64,000 bases of DNA from positions 95,420,001-95,484,000 of the forward strand of contig NC_086107.1 in the NCBI RefSeq assembly GCF_963921235.1, read 5' to 3'. Under the pieces are notes generated by a model. It searched no databases and was not told where the DNA came from. It worked only from the letters and a program-made list of their open reading frames with translations. This DNA comes from Mobula hypostoma (lineage: Eukaryota). Positions within the stretch are counted from its first letter, which is position 1. Each line of letters starts with the position of its first letter. A program made the position numbers and the translations under genes. This document shows positions 27,945-40,274 of this stretch, piece by piece.

Positions 27945-28952
27945 GAACCATTACAGGAAACTGTAGATCTAGATTCGAAAGACCTCCACCTAATCAGAAA
28001 TCTGTACTGGGAACAAACTGCCGCTGTAAGAGTAGATGGAGAAGTGAGTCAGTTCATGAAAATCAAGAGGCGTTAGGGTGTGTTTTTCTCCCCTGATTTG
28101 TTTAATGTGTACAGTGAAACAATATTACAAAAAATAAGAGACATCTTGGGAATCAAAGTTGGCGGTGAAAACATCAATAATTTCAGATATGTGAATGACA
28201 CTGTGTTAATTTGCAAGTATGGAGGAAGAACTACAAACTTAATTGATATAGTTGTTGAGTGCAAAAATGGGTCTATCTATCAATTGCAAAAAGACAGAAT
28301 ATATGGTGATATCCAAAAAGAAGGAGAATCCTGTCTGCAGGCTGAGAATAAATGGGGAAGGCATAAAATTACAGAACTTTTGCTAATTAGGAAGCTGGGT
28401 GACATCAGGTGGCAGGTGCGACATTGACATCAAAAGAAGAATAGGGATGGCGAAAGACACCTTTATGAGAATGAAGAGTATACTGACCAACACTAAACTG
28501 GGCATGACAACCAGCCTCAGAGTATTGAAATGTTATGTTTATCCAGTTATGTTAATGGCTCAGAATGTTGGACAATATCTAGTAACATGAGGAAACAAAT
28601 TGAAGCATAAGAGATGTGGTTTTTGAGGAAGATGCAAAGAATGTCATGGATGAAATGAATATCTGAGGATGTCATGAACAAAGTAAACACAAAAAGAGAA
28701 ATAATGTATGAGATCATGAAAAGGCAACGTAACTTCATTGGACATGTGATTAGGAAAGAGGAGTTAGGATGTACGGTAATTATGGGAAAGATTGATGGGA
28801 AGAAAGCAAGAGGAAGACATAGACAAATGATGATGGAGACAGCAGTCAGAGAACTGGAAATGAATACCAATTAATTGATCCACTTGACCCGAAATGGGAG
28901 CGTGTGGGCCATGGCAGTCAAAGCTCAAACTGGGCATGGCACCTGATGATGA
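27945..28952 (+). mobile_element. RTE-clade LINE 3' portion
   Basis: IRNLYWEQTAAVRV, SPDLFNVYSE, INNFRYVNDTVL, IKRRIGMAK, IDGKKARGR; (TGA)n tail at ~28944-52. Confidence 0.88.
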
Positions 28953-29299
28953 TGGTAAATAGGGTATTTAGTCCGTGAGCTACAATCCACTCTCCAGCTT
29001 CTTTCTTACTGGTTTTTAGCCAACTTTGGGTGCAGTGGCCAGGATCAGGTGCTTGGCAGTCACTTCTAAAGGGGCTAGAGGTGGAAGCAGGAACTCTAAA
29101 AACACTTGAACAGGGCATGATCTCTAGCATGTTGAGGGATGGGAATAGGTAGCTGATCACTTTATCCATCAGCAAGTGACAGCATCAGTGGTAAATCTTC
29201 TACCGAGGGCAGTTTCAGTCATGAGAAATTACATAGAGGCCAACAGTGGAATCTTCAGTGTCGCCACATCGATTAAGGCATTAACATTGTAAACTTGAT

Positions 29300-30080
29300 T
29301 TCTCTTTTCTGACAATCCCTGCCGTGCTGGCCAAAGCTCTCCATCTACCAGAATCGAGCTGAGAGAGGGTGTAATTCGTTCAATGTCGCGTACATTTGTT
29401 ATGGTTCGGTCTCGTTTTCAAATCCTCCCGCAGAAAGGCATACCCTACCCTGTCGAACAGCGACTTCACCCCTAAGTGAAGGGTTTTTTTAAGGAGTTGG
29501 GGGTTAGACACCGGCCCGGCGTCGCCTCACCACCACCGAGCACATGGCGCCGCTGACACCTCCCATCCACACACACGCCTTGGGCTCGAGTCCGGCTGCC
29601 GCACAGTTAGGGAGCTTCTGATAGGCTGCTGTGGCGGCTGTGAATGATAGGCTGCTTCTGATAGGCTGTACAAGCTGTCGGTCGCTGCCGGTTGCGCTCT
29701 CGAGGTTGGCGCGCGGCGTGGCGAAGATTCTGGAAGCGGAATTGGCGCCGTGACGGTTGGCGAGACGTTCGCCTCGTCCGGCGGCTCGCTGAGGTCGACA
29801 GGTTAGTTGATGTAGTATTGCAAGGCTGAGGCCGCCGAACACCGACGTCCTGTGAGCGAAGGTTTGCCGGTCGGGTCTTGTGGAGTTGGGGCTGCCGAGG
29901 GGGACAAGGTGGATGTTGCGGGGTGTGAAGTCCAGCGGGTTGGGCTCCAAGGGCTCGGGGCAACAGGAAACAGGACCAAAATACCTCGGGAGGGTTTTTG
30001 AATATTTTCAGCCTTGAAGGTTTGAACACGCGGCTGGCTGATCGTGAGTAGGACTGTCGGGAGTTGGATGTTACGGTGAC
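29300..30080. promoter_or_regulatory. CpG island / promoter of the KASH5-like gene
   Basis: Non-repeat, GC-rich, CpG-dense stretch in an otherwise CpG-depleted window, directly upstream of the first coding exon. Confidence 0.85.
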
Positions 30081-30106
30081 TTCCAGTAGAGCTTGGAGTG
30101 GAAGAG

Positions 30107-30147
30107 ATGCCTGCCAACAAATGCATGGTTGACAATTGCAGTGAGAG
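30107..30147 (+). CDS. KASH5/LRMP-like gene, putative first coding exon (MPANKCMVDNCSE-R)
   Basis: First ATG (gaagagATGc) after an in-frame TGA at 30077-79, at the 3' edge of the CpG island. Donor AG|gtaagg in phase 2 matches the next exon. Possible acceptor at 30011 (ttttcag|) and upstream donor at 29801 (cag|gttagt). Confidence 0.55.
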
Positions 30148-30584
30148 GTAAGGTGAGGTAGGGATTGAGTAGGGTGAGGCTTAGTCGCATTTTTTAAAGT
30201 GGCTTTAGTTGATCTGAGATAAATGATGAACACGTCTGTGAGGGAACATATGAACCAGTAAAGGGATGAAGGGAAGTTGGGGATTCATTCAAAGTGAGTG
30301 CAAGCCTGGATACTGCAGGAAGAAGCCTGTTTTGAATATTGAAAAATATGGATGTGGCCAGGATGTTTCTATTAGTAGGAGAGTCTATGATTTGAGGGCA
30401 GAGCATCGAAATAAAAGGATGTCCCTTTATATTTGAGGTGAGGAGGGATTTCTTCAGCCTGAGAATGGTGAATCTGTGGAGGCCAAGGCAGAGGTCCTTG
30501 ACTGTCTAGTTGGGTCAGATGACCTCCTACTGCTACCATGTCTTATGGTCTTATGGCAACGTGTGTCTTGTGAAATTTCATCCA

Positions 30585-30712
30585 CTTCGTCAGGTCTCGG
30601 CCCGAAATGTCGACTGTACCTCTTCCTAGAGATGCTGCCTGGCCTGCTGCGTTCATCAGCAACTTTGATGTGTGTTGCTTGAATTTCCAGCATCTGCAGA
30701 ATTCCTGGTGTT
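30585..30712 (+). mobile_element. Penelope pLTR fragment with a 5' micro-inversion
   Basis: Reverse complement of ~3780-3897; starts with cttcgtcagg (inverted cctgacgaag). Confidence 0.8.
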
Positions 30713-30919
30713 TACTCCTGGTTGCTTCAATAAGGGATATAAAATACAGTGCTTTGGAAGTTTAACTATTTGGCAAATAAACTGAAGAGCATCAAAGTAT
30801 TGGTGGTATACTTGAGAGTTATTTGTGGGTGGAAAGAACTGGATTTTCAAAACTGAATCAGAATTTTATTCATTGGAGCAAATTTTGGGGAAAGAAAGTT
30901 GCCGAGGGAATATTGAACA

Positions 30920-33800
30920 ATAACATACTTAGCGCAGATGTTCTTGTATACCATTCCTGCAGCTTGGTTGTGCCGTTCAGTGTATGCTGGCCCTGCCTGC
31001 ATTTTGCATCCTTCTCCCATGTGCTGGATGATTGCAGTGGATTCCTTGCACAGTCTGCATCTTGGGTCTTGTCTGGTGTGATAGACCCCTGCTTCTATTG
31101 TTCTTATGCTAAGTACCTCCAACCATTGGTAAGACTTCCTTATCTCATCCGCCTCTGATATCTGGCGATGGTACATCCCGTGCAGTGGCTTGTCCTGCCA
31201 TGGCCTCTGGTACTCTGGCTCTGCTTCACACACTTCCATTTTCCTATTCTCTGCCTGCTGTCTGAGGTATTCTCCTCGCAGGTTGTCCCTAGGGGGCCAT
31301 CTTCCTGACAAACTCATGGATATTTTGCATTTCTTCCAGGACTGAGGCCTTGACACTTACAAGTCCCTGTCCTCCTTTATTCCGCTAGACGTTGGACTTT
31401 GGATGGAATCCTCCATGTATTGTTAGTAGTTTCTGAGTCTTGATGTCAGCAGCTCCCATTTTGTTCCTTGGCCAGCACACTTTTTCAGCTGGGTATCTGA
31501 TGACTGGTGGGGCGAATGTGTTGATGCCTCGATCTTGTTCTTCTCATTCAGCTGGCTTTTTAGGACTGGCTCACTATTTGGAAGTACTTGGATATTGCAG
31601 CCCTCTTTGTATCGTCATCATGGTTTCCATGTGCCTGCAGGATCCCCCAGTATTTGTAGCTGTTCTGTACAACTTGTATGCGGCCTTCAGGTAATTTGGC
31701 TCATTCAGTTTTGACGAGTTTGCCTTTTTTCACTACCATCTAGCTGCAATTTTCCAGTCCAAATGACATCCTGATGTCTCTGCTGTGCACCCTTATAAGG
31801 TGGATTAGTGAGTCAATGTCTCTTTCATTTCTGGCATACAGCTCGATTGCTGACGGAGGTGACTGATGGTCACTCCTCTCTTGAACCTCTACCCATATCC
31901 ACTCTAAAGACGATCTGGCTGAGGGGGTTCAAGCCTGGCAGAACAACAGTGGGAATAGTGCATTACTTTGGTATATTCCACATCTGATGGTCACTTGTGC
32001 TATTGGCTTTGAATTAACTTCTAGCATTGTCCTCCTATGTCTCATTGAGTACTTGAGGAAAGTCCTTATTGTCTTGTTGACCTTGTACTGAGACAGGCGT
32101 TCCAGGATTCATGTGTGGTGCATTGAGCCATATTCTTTCTGGTAGCTGATCCAGGCTATGCTTAGGTTGGTTTGCCTGGTCTTAGAGTCTTGCATGACTG
32201 CTTTGTCTACCAGTAGTTGTGCTTGGAGGCTCTGGTTCCATTATAATTCCTTTGTGAGCAGGGCTCAGGAATTTACACACGTGTTCCTTCAGCTTGGTGG
32301 CTATGATGCCTGATAGGGGCTTCTGTGTTATTCACAGGCAGTTTATAGGTTGGTAGTTTGATGGTGTTGCTCCTTTGTGGGGATCCTTCATTGTGAGTAC
32401 TGTCCCTCCTTGGGTGCCGTCCTCTCAGGGTGGGAGCATGCTTTAAGCAGCTGGTTCATTTGAGCTACCAGCTGTGTATGTACTGCTGTTAGTTTCTTCA
32501 GCCAATAGGCATGGATCATGTCACACCCTGCTGATGTCCATTTCTTCATATTTGCTACCAGTCGTAGAACATCTGCTGTGATGATGACTGGTTCTTCCTC
32601 TGGGAGGTTGCAGAAGTTTGCTTGTAGGTCTTTCAGACATTGGACACTAGTGTTATGTGATGCGTCTTTCTCAAATATACTCTTCCAGTGCTCTTCAGTT
32701 GCTGTTTTGATTGGTTCAGGTACTGGCATGTTGTTGCTCTGGAACTGTGTGAATACTTTTCCCAATTCATTTTATTCGCTTGGCCTCTGTGTTCATCGTG
32801 TACCTCTGCAGACTGGTAGCCAGAGCTGTTGACCATTGCTTGGCAGTTTCCAGGGCTTTGGCCACAGACATATTTCTGTATGTACTTGGTAGCTGAGATG
32901 AGTCTTTGGTCTTCCCACCTTTCTGCAGCTGTTAGTCTGCTGACCTTCGCCCTTGTGGTTTTCATGGTTTTCATCTTGGGCTCCAGTCAGCATCTCTGGG
33001 GGTGGTGGGGGGTGCAGGGAGTAGGGGTTATAACAGTACTCTCCACTGGATTTCATTTTGTAGCCCGGCATTTCTAGGACTACTGTTGCTGATGCATATA
33101 TCAGGTTATACTAGAGGTTGTAATTGTGAGTAGTACTTAACTGGCTGCTGCTTGATGTCTGGGGAGCCTAGTTTGTTGATTGACAGTCGCCAATTTAGGT
33201 ATAATCTTGCAGCACCCAGCATCGATATGGCCTGAGGTGAGGTTCAAACTTGCATTTCCCGTGTACGTGGTCATACTACTTTGCACCATCTGTGAGTTGT
33301 GGAGGTGGGGTTTGAACTCGTATTTACGGATCGGCTCTGTTCTGCAGTGATGTTGCTGTGGTGCATCGTGATTGAATGTCTTCCAATTCAAGATGTGATA
33401 GCAATTCTGTTGACAATGTTTGATCGCTGGATAACTAGTTGTTTTTCCATGAATGTGGACGATGGACTTCGCTGTTGCCAGAGTCCCCACCTGTGCTTGA
33501 TGTATCCTCTTTCATGTGGGTTGCTGTTAAAGTAGCGTTTCATTAATTCCATGTTGTCCATTTAAGGTTTGTTCAGGTAGCCAATTTCTCGCCAGATGGT
33601 CCCAGTTTTCCAGTAATTGGTGTGGACCTTGTTAATCCGGGCAACGTCCGAGCCGCCATGACTCTTCTTGTTCTTGTCACTCATCCGGAGGTTTTTGTGG
33701 GCAGATATTTGTAAGTGGAAGGGGTCCGGCCCAAGACCCTGCCACCACTGGGACCTGAACCCCGGACCCCCGCACCAAAGAGCCGGGATGGTTCCTGGTG
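30920..33800 (-). mobile_element. R4/Dong (Rex6-like) non-LTR retrotransposon, decayed, 3' part missing
   Basis: DMIHAYWLKKLT; WQDKPLHGMYHRQI; CRLCKES..IQH....C (CCHC); RHNQAAGMVYKNIC. Confidence 0.85.
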
Positions 33801-33958
33801 TCAGCTTCTGAAAATCCTATATATGTTTTTCCAATTATCTTATTTCTCTTTGTTCTCTTCTTTCTGTGTCACTTTGCTAGATTGTTGATGGAGCAAAGAA
33901 AAGGAAAACACAATCATCTTGAGCGAAGCTGTTCTTTTGACAGCTTTTTCCAATACAG

Positions 33959-34086
33959 ATTGACAGATAACCAGGAATGTCATGGACCAAATGTTAGATG
34001 GCATAGCAGTATAGATAGTTTGTGTAACAGCGAACAACATGCTGCAGTAAAGAAGACTTTACCATTCCCATTGATGGATACAAATG
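33959..34086 (+). CDS. KASH5/LRMP-like gene, coding exon (LTDNQECHGPNVRWHSSIDSLCNSEQHAAVKKTLPFPLMDTN)
   Basis: Acceptor ctttttccaatacag|, donor ATG|gtatgt. 128 nt, phase 2 in and phase 1 out, open frame, non-repeat sequence; links the flanking exons in frame. Confidence 0.65.
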
Positions 34087-35379
34087 GTATGTTTTAAAGC
34101 AGATAAACGTATGTGAAATAATTTTCTTTTCCTTTGCAGCGGCAGATGCTGAGAGGATACCTGATAAAAGTTTGCAAAATTGAGAGAATTAGATAAAGTA
34201 CACAGTTAGAACCTTTCCCCGGGGCAGTGTTTAACTCTGAAGGGCATAGATTTAAGGTGAGAACCGAGAAGTTCAAAGGAGATAGAACCATAGCACATAG
34301 AAAACCTACATAATACAGGCCCTTCGGCCCACAATGCTGTGCCAAGCATGTACGTACTTCAGAAAATACCTAGGGTTACCCATAGCCCTCTATTTTTCTA
34401 AGCTCCACGTACCTATCCAGGAGTCTCTTAAAAGACACTATTGTATCCTAAAAGACCCAGAGCACATGCCCATGGTACAAAGGTAGAGATGGTTGTGAGT
34501 TTCAAGTTCCTAGGTGTAATTATCACTAGTCCAACCACATAGACACTGGCCAAGAGAGCACACTTCTGAAGACTAAGCAAATTCAGTACATTTTTGCTTA
34601 GTGAACTAGCAAGTTCACTACTTTCTATAGATGCACCATAGCATGTAGCTTGTCTAAATGCATTTCAACATGGTATGATAATGGCTCTGCCTGGCAATAG
34701 GAAATTGTAGAGTTGTGTACAGAATCCAGTTTATTGTAAGAATCAGCCTCCTTTCCATTGACTACACTTTCCACTGCCTCGGGAAAGCAGATAATGAAAT
34801 CAAAGACCTCTGCTCTCTCTCCTTCCTCTTCAAAAGGCAGAAGATATAAAAGCTTAAGCCCACAAAGACCAGGTTTAAGGACAACAATCCTGCTATTGGA
34901 AGTTGCGAATAGATCTCTTGTACAACAAAGATCTATTCTTTGTGGACCTTGTATGTCCACTTGCACTGCATTTCCTCTAACAGTTACATTATACACTGCA
35001 TTCTGTTATTGTGCTTTCCCATGTACTATTTCAGGGTACTTGTATTCCAAATGGTCTGCAAGATGGCATGCAAGACAAAACTTTTCATTGTATTTAGTTA
35101 CTTGTGATGAGTATGGTTTCAAGCAGGGAGGCGAAGTAGAACAGTGCAGCAGTGGGAAAGTTTTTAAGAGCTCTGAGTGTGGCTGTCTTGTGTGGTTTTA
35201 ATCCAGGAGGTTAAACAGTGCTCTGGTGGAGCTGCAGGTTTGCGAGTTGCTGTGTTTGAGCTGCAAATGCTGTATTTGGGTGCAAATGCTGTATTTGGGT
35301 ATAAATGCTGAAGCTATGGCTTGAGAGACTTTTGTAAGGAGGCTGAGGAGCAGGCAAAAGCAGATAAAACCATCAGATA

Positions 35380-35720
35380 AAACTCTCAGACGCTATCACT
35401 GACCTCCAACTTTGGAGAACTCCTATCCACTGCCACCAAACTCACAGTTCCCTTACCCTGTACAGCTGGCTTCTACCTCCTACCCAAGCTCCAAAAACCT
35501 GACTGTCAGGATAGGCCTATCGTCTCTGCTCTTGCCCCACTGAACTTCTGTCTTTATACCTCAATTCCATTCTATCCCCCCGGTTCAGTCCCTTCCCACC
35601 TATATCCTTGACACTTCTCATACTCTCAGTCTCCGAGTACCTTTAAGTTCCCTGGCCCTGACCCTGCCTCATTTTCACTACTTCTATCCCCTGTCAGGAA
35701 GGCCTCAAAGCTTTCTGCTT
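35380..35720 (+). mobile_element. Penelope-like RT N-terminal fragment
   Basis: PCTAGFYLLPKLQKPDCQDRPIVSA matches the PLE 'FY.LPKIHK....RPIVS' motif. Confidence 0.7.
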
Positions 35721-36269
35721 CAGGGTTCTGGATTCTCGTGGCTCCGGAGGTCTGCTGTTTCTAGGCTGGTGTCCCTGACTGAATGCGGAGCATCGGGAGC
35801 AGCAGGTTAGCTGCCAGGGTTTGTGTGTCCAGAGAGCTGTGCCTTTCTGGTGCTGAATCTCTGGGAGCAGAGCTTGGAAGAAACGATGCAATAGACTTCT
35901 AACATCGTAAATCAGCGTTATGTCTCCCCTCTCACTGTGAAGCGGGGGACACCTTTTTTTTTGCTTATTAGGGAGACCGAGCCTGTGGTGTGTTGAATTA
36001 TCGGGTGAAGAAGTACTTTTTGGGGTACTGCGAGTCTGTATCTTTATTGATGCTTGCTGCGCGCTTTTATGCTCAATAGAGGGTGCTGATGCTTTTTTGG
36101 GGGTGGGGGTTCTACTGCTTGTGCGTGGGAGGGGGAGCTGGGGAGCGCTTTGGGGTTCTAATGTTTTAACTATCATTCTTTGGGGCACTCCTGTTGTGAA
36201 GAAAAAGAATTTCTGGATGTATATTGCATACTTTGTCTGACATTATATGTACCTATTGATAGGCAGACA

Positions 36270-37480
36270 GTGTCATTCCCCTTAGCAATAGTTATGCTCC
36301 CTTAGATACTGCTGGGGTTAGGGGCAGGATGACAGAAACAGTACCTGGGGGGTGTCAGGCAGTGTAGTTGTGATGGGTGGTTTGACAGAGATGTACAGAG
36401 ATTTTGTAGCTGCAAAAGGGATTTCAGGATGTTATGTTGCAAGAGTCGGGGATGTCTTTAGAACAACTGCAGAACATTCTCAAGGGGAAGGGTGAACAGC
36501 CAGAGGTGGTGTTGCACATTGGTGCTAATGACAAAGGTAGAAAGGGAGAAGGGAAATCCTGTACAGTGAGTATAGGGAGTTAGGAAAGATGCTATAGTCA
36601 TGATATTGAAGGTTATAATTGTTCTTTTACACTTAGTACCATGTGTTAGGGCAGGTATAGAAAGAATAGATGAATGCATTTCTGAGAAGCTGGTGCAGGG
36701 GGTGGGGAGGGGAGGATTTCAGTTTCTTGTGTGGAACCTCATCTAGGGTAGGTGTGACCCGAACAAGGGGGATAGGTTGCTCGTTAACTGGTGAGGACCT
36801 GTTATGACATGGAATTTCTCTGATGCTATTTTGGAGGGCTTTGACTAATTTGGCAGGGAGATGGTAGCCAGAGCTGCTGGTCAGATTGAGGAAAAAGTAG
36901 GTGTCATGACAAGCAAATTTGTAAGAAACGATGTGCAGTGGCATGGTCTTTCAAGTGCTTGAAAGGACAGAAGAATTGAGTGTATTTATTTTAATGATAG
37001 GAATATTAAGGTAAGATTGATGAACTTAGAGCTTGTATCAGTACATGGATCTGTGGTGTTGTGGCCATTAGAGTTGGTAGAGAAAGGATCTTAGTATTCC
37101 AGGGTTTTGGTGTTTTAGAAGAGACAGTTGCGGGGGGATGGTAAAAGAGGGAAAGGAGTTGCATTACTATTAATTGGGGACAATATTGCAGCTTTACTCG
37201 GGGTGGGGGGTCATAATGGAGAGTTCATCCACTGGATTTATGAATGGAATTTGAAGGTGCAAGCATTCTCCCCTGTTCTATAGCCACATATGCAGGCAGG
37301 CAGGTGAAAAAAGGTGGGAAAAAAACTAACAGCACCCCCACCCCATGCACATGTATAACTTCACCTTCTTCAGTATAGTTTGGGACCTCCTTCATCCAAG
37401 AGGGTTAGATGAGGTAGAATTTGTTAAAATTCTACCCCATCTCAGTGAGTTTCTTAAAACACCATGTAGATGAACAAACT
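36270..37480 (+). mobile_element. CR1 ORF1 (SGNH esterase) and ORF2 start; similar relic at ~17150-17950
   Basis: GEQPEVVLHIGANDKGR motif. Confidence 0.7.
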
Positions 37481-37489
37481 AGGGGAGGG

Positions 37490-40274
37490 TGCATGGAGGA
37501 CTGAAGGTGTTATATTCAAATGCACACAGTATATGGATTAAGGTAGGTGATTTTGTAGCGCAGTTAGAAGTTGGCAGGTATGAAGTGGGAATCACTGAGT
37601 CAAGGCTGAAAGAAGATCATAGTTGGCAGGTAGGCAGAAGGTTTGGGTGGCTCTGTTGGTAAACAAAAAAAAAAGAAATCAAATCCTTAGAGGTGAAATA
37701 AGATTGAAAGATGTAGAATCCTTGTGGATAGAAGTTAAGAAAAAGCAAGGGTAAAAATACCCTGATGGGAGTTAAATTCAAGCCTCAGGCAGGATGTCAG
37801 GTTCAATTTACAATGGGAGATGGAAAAGCCATGTAAAAAGTGCAATATTATAATAGTTAATAATTGGATTTAAATATGCAGATTGGGGAAAATTAGGTTG
37901 TTTCCATGAGAGAGAATTAGTAGAATGTCTATGAGATGGCTTTTTAAAGTAGCTTGTGATTGAGCCCACAAGGAGAAAAGCAATTCTGGATTGGGTGTTG
38001 TGTACTGAACCAGATTTGATTAGGGAGCTTAAAGTAAAGGAACCCTAAAGAGACAGTGATCATATAATAGAAGTCAAAGATTCACTTATTATCGAAGTAT
38101 ATAACTCTGAAATTCTTCTCCTGCAGAATTCACCCTGCAGTTTGAGAGGGAGAAGCTAAAGTCAGAAGTATCAGTACTACAGTGAAGTAAAGGAAGTTAG
38201 AGGCGTGAAAGAGGATCTGGTGAAAGTTAATTGGAAGAGAACACAGCAAGGATGATGGCAGAACAGCAATGGTTGGAATTCCTTTGAGCCATTCAAAGGT
38301 GCAGGATAGATACACCCCAAAGAAGTATTGTAAAGTGAGGACGAGGTAATCGTGGGTGACACGGGAAGTCAAAGACAGCATGAAAGCAAGGGTATATAAT
38401 ATAGCAAAAATTAGTGGGAAGTTAGACGATTGGGAAGCTTTTAAAAACCAACAGAACGCAACTAAAAAAAGCCATAAGGAGAGAAGATGAAATATGAAAG
38501 TAAGCTAGCCTATAATATAAGAGGATACCAAAAGTATTTTCAGATACATAGAGTAAAAGAGAGATGAGAGTGGATATCAGACGGCTGGAAAAAGACACTG
38601 TAGAGCCAGTAATAGGGTACAAGGAAATGGAGGATGAACTTAAGTGATTTTGTTAGTCTTTACTGTGGAGACGCTAGCAATATGCCAGAAATTCAAGCTG
38701 GTCAGAGGGCAGAAGTGAGTGCACTTGTTATTACTATGTAAAAGATGCTTTGGAAGCTGAGGGGGCTGAAGGTAGATATGATACATGGACCAGACGGACT
38801 GCACTCTGGGTTCTGATAATGGTAGCTGATGAAATTGTGGAGGCATTAGTAATGATCTTTTAAAATCACTTGATTCTAGAATGGTTCCAGAGGACTGGAA
38901 AATTGCAAATATTGCTCCATTCTTCAAGAAGTGAGGGAGGCAAAAGAAAAATTACAGGCCAGAAAGCTCGACTTCAGTGGATGGAAAGCTGTTGGGATGC
39001 CATTATGAAGGATGAGGTTTTGGGGTACTTGGATACCATGATAAAATGGGCCAAATTCAGCATGGTTTCTGAAGGGGAAAATCTTGCCTGACAAATCTGT
39101 TTGAATTCCTTTTAGGAAATAATAGTCAGGATAGACAAAGGAGAGTCAGTGGAGTTGCTTACCTGGATTTTCAGAAAGCCTTTGACAAAATGACGCACAT
39201 GAGACTGCCTAACAAGATGAGAGCCCAAGGTATTGCAGTTAAGATTCTAGCATGTATAGAAACTTGGCAGGCTAGCAGGAGGCAAAAAGGAATAAAAGAG
39301 CTCTTTTCTGGTTTGGCTGTAGGTAACTTCTGGTGTTGTGCAGGGATTGGTATTGGGACTGCTCCTTTTCACTTTATATTTTAATGACTTGGATGATGTA
39401 ATTGATGGCTTTGTGACCAGGTTTGTGGATGACATGTAGATATGTGGAGGGGCAGGTAGGATTGAGGAAACAGGGCGATTGCAGAAGGACTTTAACAGAT
39501 ACAATGTAGTGTAGAGAAGTGTCTGGTCGTGCACTATGGTAGAAGGAATAAACGTGCAGTCACTTCTCCAAATGGGGAGAAAATTCAAAATTCAGAGATG
39601 CAAAGAGACTTGGGAGACCTGGGGCAGATTCCCTGAAAGTTAATTTGCAGGTTGAGTCGGTGGTAAGGAAGAGAAATGCAATGTTAACATTCATTTCAAG
39701 ATGAATGATATAAAAGGATGCAGTGCTGAAGCTTTATAAGACATTGGTCAGACCACACTTGGAGTATTGTGCCCTTATCTAAGAAAAGATGTCTTGGCAT
39801 TGGAGAGGATCAGAGAATGCTCAGGAAAATGATTCCAGGATTAAAGGGTTAATGTAAGAGGAGTGTTTAATAGCTGTTGGCCTGTACTCGCTGGAGAGTT
39901 TATAAGAATAAGGGGCATCTCACTGAATCCTACTGAATATTGAAAGGCCTAGATAGAGTGGATGTGGAAATGATATTTTCTATAGTTGTGGTGTCTAGGA
40001 CTAGAGGGCACATCCTCTGATAGAGGATGTCCATTTAGAACAGGTGAAGCAGAATTTATCAGTGGAATCCATTCCAACAGAAGGCTGTGGAAGCCAAGTC
40101 ATTGGGCATATTTAAAATGGAAGCTGACAAGTTCTTGATTAATCAAGGTGTCATAGGTTATGGGGAGAAGGCAGGAGAATGGGGTTGGGAGGGAAAATAA
40201 TCAGCCATGATGGAATGGTGGCGAAGACAAGATGGGCCGAACAGCCTGATCCTGCTCCTTTGTCTTATGGTCTT
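37490..40274 (+). mobile_element. Near-complete decayed CR1 LINE ORF2 with 3' end
   Basis: Endonuclease-region remnants; cagcatggtttc, tgcctgacaaatctg, ggattttcagaaagcctttgacaa (DFQKAFD), FVDD; tail cctgctcctttgtcttatggtctt. Confidence 0.85.

Noticed and set aside
29504..30233. Long minus-strand ORFs (148 and 208 aa) over the CpG island
   Set aside because: Expected from stop-poor GC-rich DNA; no recognisable domain or convincing splice pattern.
35694..36188. 164-aa minus-strand ORF
   Set aside because: Antisense to a repeat also found at 43888-44850; low complexity, no domain.
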